Source: Chrysomallon squamiferum
Lineage: Eukaryota > Animalia > Mollusca
Assembly (NCBI GenBank): GCA_012295275.1
Contig: CM022665.1
Location: 27,776,001-27,840,000, forward strand
DNA: 64,000 nucleotides
Direction: 5' to 3'
Shown: piece after piece, positions 25,890-40,283 of the stretch
Layout of the letters: each line of letters opens with the position of its first letter
How positions within the stretch are numbered: position 1 is the first letter of the stretch
The notes under the pieces: model-generated
What the model saw: only the letters and a program-made list of their open reading frames with translations
What the model was told of the DNA's origin: nothing
Databases searched by the model: none
Position numbers and translations under genes: made by a program

Positions 25890-28800
25890 AACTATATGCT
25901 AAACTAGCTGTAAATAAACATAATGATTTGAGTAACATACAAATTCTAGAAGAAACGTTAAAATTAATTGAGAGATCTAAGTGTAATGGTGCTACTTTAA
26001 GATGAAAGCTCATTGGAATCTAGATATGGATAGAAATACGTCATTTTTTCTCAGTTTAGAAAAATCAAAACAGGAATCAAATTCTATTAAAGAACTAAAA
26101 ACAGAAAATGGATTATCTAGAAAAACGGAAGATATATTAGAATATGCTTATGACTTTTATGCAAAATTATTTACACCTAAAAATATAGATATTATTAAAC
26201 AGGAAGAAATAATACATTTAATATCAAATAAAAGAATCTGAAAGCTGTGAGAAAGATATTACCATTGAAGAATTAACGGAAGCTTTAAAAGAAATGAATA
26301 GAAATAAATCACCTGGTATGGATGTCTAACTGTTGAATTTTAGGTTAAATTCTGGGAAAATTTAAAAACTTTCTTTGATATAGTAGTGATGTCAATTCAA
26401 AAAGAAGAAATGTTGTCACTTAGTATAAAAAAGCAGTAATTAGTATATTTTACAAGAAAAAAGGAGATAAAGCAGACCTAAACAAAATTTCAGACCTATT
26501 AGTCTTTTAAATGTAGATTATAAAATTATTTCTAAAGTTCTTGCTAGTCGTGTTAAACAGGTTATGTCAACTATTATTTCATCAGAACAAAGCTGTTGTG
26601 TAAAAGGAAGAGATGTTGCTGATAATATTATGTAGTGAGGGATGTTACAAATATTGCTGAGTTAAATAATACTGAAGGGATTATTGTTAAAATTGATCAA
26701 GAAAAAACTTTTCATAGAGTGTCACATAGTTTTATTTTAAAAGTTCTAAAAAAAATTGAATTTCGGTGATAAATTTATAATGTGGATTAAAATACTATAT
26801 AATGATATAAAAAGTTGTGTAAAAATTAATGGACATTTAAGACCTTTTTTCAATATTACAAGAGGTGTTAGACAAGGATGTCCAATATCAGTGATGCTTT
26901 ATGTTATTGTAGCTGAACCTTTAAATAATTTAATTAAAAAAAGACATAGCATGAATGGAATTACAATAACAAATGAATTTAATTCTTTATTATTTCAGCG
27001 ATGCTCAGTCAGTAGAATCTGTTTTTAATACAATAAATATATATTGTAGTGCTACAGGTGCAAAAGTCAATGTAGATAAGTCAGAAGTACTTTGTCTTGG
27101 TAAAACCATCAAAGAAAACTTATCTTTTAACATTCCAATATCAATAAATAAAAACTGTGTTAAAATTCTAGGTACATATTTAGGACCAAATAAGCCATTA
27201 TGTGAAAGGTTGAACCGGAAAAATAAATTAGATAAAATTTGTATTTTAATTAATTTTTGGAGTCAAAGGAAACTTACTTTACACGGAAAAGCTGAAGTAT
27301 GGAATACTTTATTAACATCTAGACTGTGGTATATCATTAGCACAATAAATGTTCCAAATTGGGTAGAAAATTAAACTCACAAGTTATTTTGTAAATTTAT
27401 GCGGGAAGGAAAAACACCTTTAATAAAATATTCAACAATAATTGGAAATAAAATGTCGGGTGGACTAAATATTAAAGATATTTAATTAAAGAAAATGGTT
27501 TTTCGTATTAAAATGTTAAAATAATATTTTGATAATAATTTTTAAAATGTTTGGAAATATACAATGTCAATATTTCTTGGAAAATATATGCATATGAATT
27601 TAAATTATGACATTTTTAAAGAAGTAAAGAAGCTTTAAAAGTTATCAACCCTTTTTATGCTGAAATGTTGTCAGCTTGAGACTATGTTAATAATGGAGAA
27701 CGTATTTTCCCACTTGATACAGATGAAATATTGTCTCAGCCACTTTTTCAGAATCCATTCATTAAATATAAAAACAAATTATTACTATTTAGTTCTTTTA
27801 TTAAAAGTGGAATAGTCAAAGTGGCTGATATTGCATATGAAGTAATATCAGGTTTTCTGCTTTTTCAGCTATTGTAGAAATTATTCATGAAACATCTACA
27901 GAATTACCAAAACAACCAAATTTATATTGCTTACAATGTTATTATGAAGTCACTTCCAGATGAATGGAAAAGTTCTATTAATAGAAATCGTAAAATATTA
28001 ACCCTAATAAAGATTTATTTTTGTTTCAGAATGATGAAATGATAAATGTCAGTAAATTTACAGTGAAAATATATTATTCTATTTTACTTTCAAAAAATGT
28101 TAAAGCACCTACGTTTGAAGAAAAATGGAATGAGCTTGGTTTTAATATATTCTGGAGACCAGTTTGGAAATTGATACACTTCAATGTTAAATTTACTGAA
28201 TTTACTGACTTAGATTTGAGAACAGCTCAACATGTAATATATACATATAGTAAATTATGTAGATATGGAAAAATCTCATCTAGTGTATGTCCAGTGCCTC
28301 TGAAGGATGGTGAAGATGTGTACCATTTATTTTTGTATTGTGAAGAATTGTTAAGAAAACCGTTTTTTTCTCTAGATCCATTAAAAAGATTATTAATATT
28401 TGGATGTTATCTAAGAATTGAAAATTGTACATTAGAATTTATTAACATTATTCTTTCAATTTATAGAATATCAGTGTTCCAAAGGCGTGTAATAGCTCAG
28501 TTGAAAGGAACAAATATCAATATAATACATTTTTTTTAGAAGTTATGTATATCAGTGCTTTGAAATCATTCTAAATTAATATCGTATTCTAAACAAACTT
28601 TCAATTTGTATTAACAAATATATTTAGAATAGTGTTTTTCTTGAATTAAAAGATGACATATTTATTTTCAAATATCCTTTAGCAAGCTATAAATAAACAA
28701 TATCGCTATATTATAAAAATGGATAAAAGATTTTTTTACTATAAAATATAGTTAATATATGTGAATATTCTGAGTAAATAAGTATGTGTGCGTGTGAGTG

Positions 28801-28903
28801 TGAGTGTGTGAGAGAATGCCTATTTTTTTATTGTTGTTATTTACTGTTTTAATGTTATTTTAATTGTGTACAACTGTTGATTATATCAATAAAGAAAGAA
28901 AAA
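25890..28903 (+). mobile_element. 5'-truncated, decayed L1/Tx1-clade LINE ORF2
   Basis: FFLSLEK, KSPGMD, RPISLLNVDYKIISKVLASR, TRGVRQGCP, KILGTYLG, LTSRLWY and the C-terminal CPV...EDVYHLFLYC motif, in order with frameshifts. The 3' end is AATAAAGAAAGAAAA at ~28888-28903. Confidence 0.92.
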
Positions 28904-29227
28904 CATGATTTCAATATTTCTTTGTATGTATTCATTTATTTATATTAACTGATGTTTATTTAACTGTTTATCTGTATAAATCATGTAACGAATAATAATT
29001 CCATACGTTTAATTCTTGGATAACAGTATGTACTCGTAATTTTAATTTCTTTAGAAAAATAAACTAAATATAAGCATCCTGTCTTCAAACAGTCAATTAT
29101 TGTAATTTTATTAGTAAATAAGTCCAGGTAAAATCGTTTATTTGTTTGTACTACGTCTGCCTGAGTGTTTTGGATGAGTGATTGCAAGAATAATCACAAA
29201 AGTAATGAATAATAATGTCTAGAAATA

Positions 29228-29607
29228 CATTGATACCTTGACATACGAGTTTAATTCTTTCCGTTAACAAGCTCGTAACTCAATTTGCTCGTATATCAAA
29301 TCAATTTACCCGACTGAAATTAAATGAATTACCATTAATCTGTTCCAGCCCCCCAAAAACCACCCCATTTTTTTGTAACGTGTTTTTAAATAAGAAAAAT
29401 GTATTTATAAATGACAAATATTGTATAAAAATAAAATTAAAGAGATCTAAAGAAATAATTTGGTTTTGTAAATTTTATTTATCTTGGCGATCAGACACAT
29501 TATTTTAACGCCTTTGGCTGGAGTTACAGCTTTTATCCTTTTGCTTCAGTATGGTACATTTCCTAGAGTATTTTTTTCCTCGCAACTCGTAACTCGAGGT
29601 CCCACTG
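29228..29607. mobile_element. Non-autonomous Tigger/pogo-like MITE
   Basis: TA on both sides. Imperfect TIRs CATTGATACCTTGACATACGAG / CTCGTAACTCGAGGTCCCACTG. Homologous to 46696-47030. Confidence 0.75.
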
Positions 29608-29809
29608 TATATATTTTATTGTATTTACTTGTCAGGGACATCATTCAAATAAAGCGAATCAGATTTTAAATTAGGTAGAATAAAAAGGTGAATTCGTGCG
29701 AAGGAGTCCAACTGTTAATATTGTTTAAGTCTGAACGTCGTTGACTTGTAAAGAAGTTATATATTGCTTTTGTTGAAAGCAGTAACGTATTAAATCGTGA
29801 AGTTATAAC

Positions 29810-30003
29810 AGAGAGCACTGCGGCGTAGATCAGCGCAAGGTTGCCAGACTGCGGTGTTAGTGGTATAAGGATCGATCCCACTCACTGGATTCATTTAGAT
29901 ATCTCATGTGTTCAGATCAGAGATCAATAATTGATACAAAAAGAGATCGTTCTGGCAACGAGGTGGCAACGGGTTTGACATACAACACCCGCTGATTAGC
30001 CAT

Positions 30004-30093
<90 letters not shown>

Positions 30094-30095
30094 AG
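29810..30095 (+). mobile_element. Possible tRNA-derived SINE with (CA)n tail
   Basis: GC-richer island with A-box-like GGCGTAGATCAGCG and B-box-like GGATCGATCCC, ending in a long CA repeat. Confidence 0.45.
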
Positions 30096-30878
30096 ACAGA
30101 TTTATTCATAATTTCCAAAAATTTAAATATTAATCCTCTGAAATCATCGGAACATTCACATTTATAAAGTCAGTAGCATCAGTTTGTTGGTAGCTTGAAA
30201 TATTTTCTGAAAGAAGGTAGCCAAAAAATGGATTTAAAATAAAAAAATGTACGTCAAAAAAAAAAAAAAAAAAAAATTACCTAAAAAATTTAAAAGGGAT
30301 TAAAACATAAAGAAGCGAGATATAATTTTGTTTTGGTGTACTTTAACATTTTATACATGAATGCACTTAAAGTCAGTGACACATACGGAGGATGTATGTA
30401 GCTATTTAAACACGACAGCACGCACGAGTGGATATGTAAAAAAGACAGAGAAAAAGATCTATTGTTAAAACTACAAATATATCTATCTACATATATAAAC
30501 CCACAAGTATTACACATATAAGTCTGCTTTCTGTGTGAGAAATCCTTTTATGTATCTCTAGTCAACCTCACTCCCCTCTCTACCTCTGTTTGATTTTTTG
30601 CCTGTCTATCTGTCTGTCTGTATTTAAGACGTGGTATGTTATAAACTAAATGCATGACTAACAAGAAACACATATTTTGTTTGTTTTTCTTTCCGTGGGA
30701 TGTTCTGAATATGAAATGACATGGTGACTTTTAAAATATAAAAATCACCTGCATCCCTACAAAATAAAAATAATAATAAATAAATAAAAAGCCAGTATAA
30801 ATTATAGTTGTGCCATTTGTCCTGTTGTTAATAGCAAAACTCCCAACTTGCACAAAAAATGAAAATTGTAGTTAACTC

Positions 30879-30934
<56 letters not shown>

Positions 30935-30979
30935 TGATGATGATGATGGTGATGGTGATGATGATGATAATGATGATAA

Positions 30980-31028
<49 letters not shown>

Positions 31029-32149
31029 GTTGTTATTATTATTATTATTATTTTGTCCTCATAGTTCTGACATCTGCACGTAGCGTATAATTTAAAGGCT
31101 ACAAACTGCTAAAAAAAACAGCAGTATTATTAAGCCTCTTAACCCACATCAAGAAATTCCAATGAAATGTGGGAAATAATGTACGTTTCATGATGTTCAC
31201 ATTATGCAAACGTTCGCCCACCCGAGGTTTAAATATGTACATATCAAAGTTTTTTTTGTCAATAGTTTCTGTGTAAAGCAGTCAGCATTTGTTAAAAAAA
31301 ACTTGTGTGTATGTGTGTGTTGTTCAAAGATACTTCTTTAGTGTTTAATTGCTGGTTTAGATCCTAAAAGAAAATTATAAAAAAAATCAGTTTTCATTTT
31401 TGTTTTTTAAATAAAAAAATTGTTATTGTTTAAAAGCTGTAGTTTTGATGTATAAGGACAACGAAGTCAATGCTGTATCTGCTATGAATCTATTATTTTG
31501 TACAGAGCGATGTGTTGTGAAATAAAATAGATATTTTCATTTAATGGAGGTTCCCTTATCTTCTGCTATCACACTGTTCCATGACAGATCGTATAATTTA
31601 AAAAATAAATAAATAAATAAAAAAACCACTACATATCACATTTAATTCAAAATTTTGAAGCAGTATAATTTAAAGTCACTACAGGGGGCCCTCCCTGTTA
31701 TAGGCGCCCTGAAGACAAGCTTCGTTTTTTCGTAATAGATCCGCATTCTTACAGGTGACAGGATAAAACAAATGAATGGTTACTCTCTTAAAATATCAGC
31801 TTTATTCTGGTCAGATAGAATGACGATTGCAGCTCGGTATAGTCTCGCTGCAAATCGGAATTCTATCTTCGCAGGGTAAAGCTGATATCTTAAGAGAGTA
31901 ACCAGGTATTCCCTCTCGATATAAGAATGCATGTTTATGTAAATTTGCCTTGTTAACTGAATTAAAATACTACTTGAAAACGATGACATTAAATGTGTGT
32001 GTTCCACGGGACGCGAACATTATTTCTGTAGTGCTAAATCCGGGCGACGTGAAATGATGGATTCTACAGAGTCCATACCTCGTGTCGCATTGAGTTCCCT
32101 TCCTCTTTGTAGAGTTGTGACATAGACGTCAACGTTGTTTCAGCTATTC

Positions 32150-32400
32150 TTTTCAGAGAACGCAGCTTCTTCTGCAACTGTACTTAAAATACGAATAACG
32201 ATTGATTATGGTTATTTTCAGTCTGGATTTATTGACAGTAATGACGCAGGTATTACAATTCTTCGTTGTACATTTCCAGATGATCACATCCTCTGTTTTC
32301 TTATTTACTCTAAACATGTAACCCTGTAAACATAAATGTAGGTTGTCCTTGGAAGGCATTTAATGTCAAACTGAGAATTTGCCTTTTCAAAAGTGACCAT
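32150..32400 (-). mobile_element. FLYWCH-type zinc finger remnant, probably from a MULE
   Basis: ORF 32153-32359 contains LQGYMFRVNKKTEDVIIWKCTTKNC, matching the FLYWCH GY.F....W.C....C pattern. Confidence 0.55.
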
Positions 32401-32744
32401 GTCTATAGTTGCATAACTGTTGAATTTATATATATTTATTTGGAATAATGAATGTTATTCATCATGCTCCAATGCTACGCTGTGGACGTTTTTCAGTATC
32501 TGAATGTAGTTCAGTTGTGTTACATTCATGTTCCTATTCTTGAGATGTTTCCGTGTGTTGATCCTTTATCAAAACAGCCTTAAAACAATAATCAGTGACA
32601 TGCGAATACCTTAATAATTAAATTCGATGTTGTGCAAAGATACGGTATCAGGATATCCCACTGAATGTTTTAGCCTAAATATTTTGAAAAATCATTGAAT
32701 TAAATTAAAAAGTAATTAAATTAATTAAAAATGTAAAGGTATCA

Positions 32745-32798
<54 letters not shown>

Positions 32799-32995
32799 AT
32801 AGTAGTAATAGTAGTAGTAGTAACAGCAGTACTAAATAATGACGACGACGACGATGATGATGATGAGGATGAGGATGATAATAATAATAAAAAAGTACAA
32901 GAAAAAATATATAAATTAGACTACACAGCATTGTCAGTATGATTCATTCTTGGAGATCATTTATTTATTCACTGACCTTTATTTTAAAATAAATA

Positions 32996-33494
32996 CAGGG
33001 TCATTCCAAAGTCCCGCTACACTTTTAAGTTTTAATCAAATGATTACGGATTTGAATAAAATTAGTCGTGAACTTTCTATAGACTGCTACACCATCTTGT
33101 TGGAAAAAACAATCACATTATGCTAAAGCAGTTCGCGATTTATTGAATCACATGTTCCCTGATAGATGGGCACCCTGTGACTTCTTTCTGTGGAGCTTCC
33201 TGAAAAGCAAAGCCTATGGATCAAAGCCCAGGAGTGTTGAAGTTAGAGGAAACGTTATAAGGAATGCCTGCAGTCTTTTTACAAGGGAGATGCTGAACAG
33301 AGTTGGAGAGGAATGCTTGAAGAGGTGGGCAATTTGTCTAAAAAAAAGAAGGCGCTCATGTTGAAGTCTACGGAGCCGAAGAAAACTGAAGAAGAGGGAT
33401 TTTTTCATTATGGGACGAATTGTAGCAGTCTACAGAAAGTTCACGATTAATTTTGTTTCTAAAAAAAGTGTAGCGGGACGTTTGAATGACCCTG
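32996..33494 (+). mobile_element. Internally deleted Tc1/mariner-superfamily element
   Basis: TA target duplication. TIRs CAGGGTCATTCCAAAGTCCCGCTACACTTTT / AAAAGTGTAGCGGGACGTTTGAATGACCCTG, plus inner IRs. The interior encodes the transposase C-terminus PCDFFLWSFLKSKAY...KR...C. Confidence 0.9.
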
Positions 33495-33955
33495 TATATA
33501 AATAAAATAAAATAATAAAAAATCTGTTTTGGATAACAGATGCTTAAACTAACTATGTCCGAAATGACACAATGATAAAAGAAGAAATCTCAGCATTCTA
33601 AACTGTAAGTAAAACATAGGCCATTTGTACACAGTTTAGCTCGTTTCACTTTATCAAAGTATATAACAGTAACAGGCCCATATTATTTATAAGGTGTCAT
33701 AAGGCTTTTAGGGGCCAGTCAGTTTTGCTTAGGTACTGTTTTACATGCCGAAGACGGCCCGAAATACCTGAAATCCTATGTCTTAAGGGCTTGTGGTTTA
33801 TGCTTGTGTTATGTATATGTTTGTTGTTAATGTTTGCGGTGTGTGCATGCGTGTGTACTTAAGCTTTAATGTGTGTTTCCTTCAACACTGGGAAAAAAAA
33901 AAAAAAAAAGGTTACGGGCATAATTAATTACGTTGACACGCTTTACATTTACTGA

Positions 33956-33963
33956 TGACGTCA
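33956..33963 (+). promoter_or_regulatory. CRE, K7 promoter
   Basis: TGACGTCA followed by AACGTT. Confidence 0.7.
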
Positions 33964-34393
33964 TCGAACCAACGTTGAAATAAGTTTGGAATGAAAAACA
34001 ATTTATTATTAAATGTCTTCTTTCGTCATCTGAAAATTTTAGATAACCATCAGTAACAGAAACGTAGCAGTATTAGAAGGTATTAAGTTGTAGTAGTAGT
34101 AATAGTAACTGTAGTACTAATACTAGTAGTAGTTTTAGCAATGAAAGTAGTAGTAGTTGCAGCAGTTGCAGAAATAGCAGTAGCAGTAACAGTAGTTGTA
34201 GAAGCAAAAGTAGTAAAAGCAGTAGTGCCACTAGTAATAGTATAATTGTAGTAATAACTAGTAGTACTAGTTCTAGTAGTAGTAGTGATGGTCGTACTAG
34301 TAGCAGTAATAGTAATGATGATAATAAATTAAGCATTTAAAATATTTCACAATTAATAACTTTATTTATTTATTTAGTTATTACAGGTTCGTC

Positions 34394-34894
<501 letters not shown>

Positions 34895-36373
34895 AAAAAA
34901 AAAAAAAAAACTCAAAAATGAAAAAAAGAAAAGAAAAGAACCAACAAACACCCCTCCTAAAAAAAAAAAAAAAATTGAATAGCGCAGTCAAAAACTTCAG
35001 TATTTCATAATTGAAATAAAATTGGCATTTCTCTCTCTGTTGTTTTTTTTTTTAGTTATATTTTGTACTGAAATAATCGTTAAAGAAGTATGGGTACAGA
35101 TACTTTACTTACTTATTTATTTATTTATTTATCATCATTATAATAACTCAAGTATACATGATAGGTAATATTATATATATAGCACGATGATTATATTTCA
35201 TATTCTTCTAAGTCATTAATTAATCTTTGCTTATGATAAAATTTGGTAACAAAATAACAGGCTCGCAAGCTGTATGCAGCCTGCAAAATAACCTTTATTG
35301 AGACTTTATTTTCTCTCTAGCAGTGGTAGTTGTAGTGGTCGTGGTGGCGATACTGGTGACTGTAGTAGCAATAAGTTATGTAGTAGTAGTAGTAGTGATA
35401 ACAAAGTAGCGGTAGATATAGTAGTACTAGACTGGTAGTGGTAACAATACCTGTAGTAGTAGAACTGGTAGTAGTAGTAACAGCAGCAGTAGTACAAGTA
35501 TTTTTTTTTTTTTTATTCTTCATAGAATATTTAGTATAAAATGTAGTACAGCTAATACATAATAATATAACAAAATATAAAAGTAAATTAATGTGTTAAA
35601 ATACCAAATTCTCCAAATCACCAGTAGAAAAAGAAAAAAAACAAAACAAAAGAACAACAGAAAAAACAAAACAAAACAAAACATCTATAAATATTTTCTA
35701 CATATTCCTAGTAATAAATATTTGACATTTACATACAGAATGTAAGTTATGGTAAGATACATAACGGAACAAATAAAATAGAAAAATAAATAAAGTCTTT
35801 GAACTGTTTTCACATATTCAGTCCATAAATAGTTTTACAAATGATTTTGTCCTAATATCCCATTTTTCTTCAAATTTAATTGTTCCGTTATTTATCTAAC
35901 AAATATATTTATCTGTATAATAACACATATTCAGGATATTTTATAATCCAGTTAAAATTAGTTGCTGGTGTTTGCATTTTGATTGATATATGTACTCCAA
36001 GGCAATCAACAATATTAGATTGATTATATAATTATTTTCTGAATAAGTAGCCTAAAATTATTGTTTATACATTTATCTGAAGTCTCACTTTTCTTCTAAA
36101 AAATATACAGTTTGTGACATTATTCCAGAAGGTCTGAACATGTTTACATAAGCTAATAGAAAATACCTAAGCTCTTTGTCTGTAGTTAGCTTGAGTGGAA
36201 GAAGATGTATACTTCTCCACCATTTGTCACAGATAAAAAAAAAAAAAAAAAAAAATAAATAAATAAATAAAATAAAATAAAATAAAATAAACAGTAAACC
36301 AATTCTAAATGTAAATTTAATAACCATTCTTTTCGTTCAAATATACCACGAAGAAACTTTTATGTTACCGCTG

Positions 36374-36381
36374 TGACGTCA
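36374..36381 (+). promoter_or_regulatory. CRE, K8 promoter
   Basis: TGACGTCA ~70 bp before the donor at 36453. Confidence 0.7.
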
Positions 36382-36450
36382 TAAATCGCCTACAATGGAA
36401 ACGCGTTTGTTTACATCCAAGGATTTTGCTTAACTATTTCTCCATTTGAC

Positions 36451-37456
36451 ATGTAAATATATTTCATATATATAATTTTTAAGTGATTGTATTTACTTTT
36501 TTTCTTGTTTACATGAATACTGATGCTAAAGATTTACCTATACGTGTTTTGACTTTTTTCATATATATATATATATATTTCAATTAATATTTCATAAAGT
36601 ATTTCTATGAATGTTTGCAAAAATGATATTAAGAATTCATTCGTTGTACTACTACTACTACTACAACTTCTACTACAACAGCTACTACTACTACTACCAC
36701 TGCTACTACTACTACTACTACTACTACTACTGTTACTGTTACTATTAGTACTATTACTACTAATTTACAACTACATTTACTATTACTACAAATGATAATA
36801 ACCTTTTACTAGAAATGTGCAGATATTGGTGCATTGTAGAATGAACAAAGCAGTCAGTATACAGTAAATATATATTAGTAATATGAAATATCTTGTTTAA
36901 ATTATCTAAATGTCCGTATTTTAAAAATTATTATATTAGTTCGAATATACCTTTTACTAGAAATGTGCAGATATTGGTGCATTGTAGAATGAACAAAGCA
37001 GTCAGTATACAGTAAATATATATTAGTAATATGAAATATCTTGTTTAAATTATCTAAATGTCCGTATTTTAAAAATTATTATATTAGTTCGAATATCCAG
37101 GAATCACAAACTGAAGAACCTTTTGAAAATAATATTGCCATAATAAATACAGCAGCCTCAACAGTAATAATAATAGCAGTAGTAGTAGTAGTACTATATG
37201 TTCTTGTTGCAGTGGTAATAACAGTAGTAGTAATAGCAATAATAGTATTAATATTTTCTGTTATAAACATTGTTTATTTTGGTTTTGTTATTTATTTAAT
37301 GTTTCAGGTTTGTGGTTAAAAAGTTCAGCATTTTACTTGTGTTCATTTTGCTAACCCGTTTTCAAGTTAAAGGTAACGAAGTTGTGAAAAATGTTAAAAT
37401 TTAGAGATTATCATCATCATCATCATCTCATCACATTGTTGTTATTGTTGTTGTTG

Positions 37457-37508
<52 letters not shown>

Positions 37509-37570
37509 CGTTATTGTGTTATGTTTTTGTTTTATTTCAGTTTTTACTATTGTAAATTTACATAAATAGA

Positions 37571-37624
<54 letters not shown>

Positions 37625-37935
37625 CGCAGGAGAATGACAAAGAAATGTAATTTAAACTGTACTGTTGAATACTGGGCCTGTATTCTACAATTACAATTAC
37701 AGGTGAGGTGTTATCGTGTAATTTGCCAATAGACAGAGGATACTGTCCTGATACTGAAAGTGATGATGATGAGGATTACTATGATACGACTATCCAGCTC
37801 AAGTGGTACTATTCTGCGGATGATGATTCGTGTATACAACTCGCATATTACGGTTGTGGAGGAAATGAAAACAGATTTTCAACTGAGTCAGAATGCGAAC
37901 AAACGTGTGTCAAAGCTCTGTTCGAACACAAATAG
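36451..37935 (+). CDS. Secreted Kunitz gene K8, join(36451-36452,37308-37372,37703-37935); ATG split by intron 1
   Basis: Leader exon ends AT|gtaaat and exon 2 begins G, giving MFVVKKFSILLVFILLTRFQVKG. Kunitz exon EVLSCNLPIDRGYCPDTESDDDEDYYDTTIQLKWYYSADDDSCIQLAYYGCGGNENRFSTESECEQTCVKALFEHK*. Confidence 0.82.
36801..37096. repeat. Two-copy 148-bp tandem duplication in K8 intron 1
   Basis: accttttactagaaatgtgcag...tcgaatat starts at 36801 and 36949; the copies look identical. Confidence 0.92.
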
Positions 37936-38079
37936 AACTCTGTAATAAACTGTTAGCATATTGCTTTATTTTTATTTTTTCTGTGTAACTACATCGATAG
38001 ATATTTATTTTAATTATTCTTGATATTAATTAGCAGTTTCTGAAGAAAACTTAAATACCTGAATATACAGTGCGAAAAA

Positions 38080-38136
<57 letters not shown>

Positions 38137-38145
38137 AATTAATTA

Positions 38146-38180
<35 letters not shown>

Positions 38181-38305
38181 ATTAATACGTATAAAATAAA
38201 AATAAACTGACAACGCTGAAATAAAAATATATATTAATTGCTAAAAACATGCTTTTGTTGTTGTTGTTGTTTTAATTATTATTATTATTATTGTTGTTGT
38301 TGTTG

Positions 38306-38367
<62 letters not shown>

Positions 38368-38697
38368 GGAATAAAGAGAAAACATAATCAGGGCCTATGG
38401 GAGGGGGTACTTTGTTCCGGGACCGAAGGGGTAAAAATGGCCCCACAGCAACCATGCAACATCCATCCTCCCTCGAGAACAGTCACTTTCTCCTACACAC
38501 ACACACACTTACATTCACACACACAAACATCACTGTACTTATCACACCACACACACTTACATTCACACACACAAACATCACTGTACTTATCACACCACAC
38601 ACACACTTCTTTTTATTAGTATTCTGAGAAAAATCTTAGCCTGCCTGGTGGCCTCAAAATGCTCTTGTACCGCCTTGCAAAATTTCTCTTGGAGGCC

Positions 38698-38755
<58 letters not shown>

Positions 38756-39880
38756 AAACATGCACACACACACACACACACAGAAAAAAGGAATTATGTT
38801 GTCCTTTTATTATAATCTGTACATGCGTGATATAAATAACTGTGAATAGTCTATTAACGTAGTTAAATTACGAATGCTTCGTATCTGTCAGTGGTCTCCC
38901 CAGTATTTGTGAAAGGGATCGCGGGAATCGGCTTAACTGGTGTTAGTTAAACAAAGGGAGGATGGTACAGAAAATGTTCAGGGTACAAGTACTTTGAACA
39001 ACGTTGAAATTACTTGTTTGTCAAAAATACTCCTATGCATAATTACATCAAATGCATTAACTGTTATTTTACTTGCAATTAAATAAAGTCAAAGTGTCTG
39101 TTGCTAGCGAGTTTTGTTTGGTTGTTCTGTGAATTATATTACTTTACAAAATAATATATATATATACATAGTTTTTGTAACCTTCTAATATATATATTAT
39201 ATACATGTCTGTGTGAAATGTGAGATCGTTTTTATTGCTCTAAAATAAAAAAAATCGCCATGCAGTGTGATAGTGAATATTTATGATAATGTAACGTTGA
39301 GTTGGCGATGTGCTGTTGATAAGAATTATTTTTATATTGTGCGGATCAAGCGCATATCTGTTTTCATTAAGATAATATTTAGACACATTATTTATGTATC
39401 TAGAACAACATAACTATTATACAGCTGTAAGTTAAAAAACGTGTAGCAATAATATAGCCGCACAACGCCTGCGGCCTTAGCATTGATTGCACAGTTAGCA
39501 TCAAATTTCAGAGGGATCGGATTGTGTCCTTCGAAACGCCGGAGGGGGTAATTTGTAAACACGACAGTCATCGTTGACATCTATTTTTTTTTTTTAAAGA
39601 CAAGACACGTGAACTGCTGACACCAAAAGTGTAAAACAATGGCATGATAGCCTGTCTAAATAAACGGGTGGCGGATATTGCAGTGTGTAGCGAGACCTCT
39701 GATTATAAAATATTTATTTAGAGATTTTTGAAATGCAAGAACGGGTTTTACGTGTGTATTCACTTTTTAAAATTTTTTCTTTGTTTTTATTATGATTTGG
39801 AAATAGAAAAGCAAAATAATTTTTGACTGAATATGTTGTCGTTTCGATAGTTCGTAACAAATTGTAGATGGTTTCAGTTA

Positions 39881-39888
39881 TGACGTCA
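39881..39888 (+). promoter_or_regulatory. CRE, K9 promoter
   Basis: TGACGTCA ~70 bp before the donor at 39962. Confidence 0.7.
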
Positions 39889-39959
39889 TACATTGCCAAC
39901 AATGTAAACTCGTGATTGTTCATGTGCAGCAATTTCGCTTGAATACTTCTTCATTTGAC

Positions 39960-40252
39960 ATGTAAATATGTTTATCTGTCCTATGTGCATTTTTCATTAT
40001 TTATTTATTTTATTTTATTTTATTTTATTTTATTTTATTTTATCTTATCTTTTTGGTTTACAATCATCATATTAATATGTTATTCCTGTATATTTTTCAG
40101 AATTAATAGTAAGTCCGGGTTTTTATTTATTTATTTATTTATTTATTTATCTTATCTTTTAGGTTTGCAATGATCATAATTAATATATTGTTCCTGTATA
40201 TTTTTCTTTCACGTTTCACAGTTAATGGTAAGAACGGGTTTTTCTTTCATTT

Positions 40253-40283
<31 letters not shown>

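Noticed and set aside
25890-28903. Active retroelement, or an RT driving diversification of the Kunitz loops
   Set aside because: ORF2 is 5'-truncated, with many stops and frameshifts. No template/variable-repeat pair is visible. The Kunitz genes retain introns, so they are not retrocopies.
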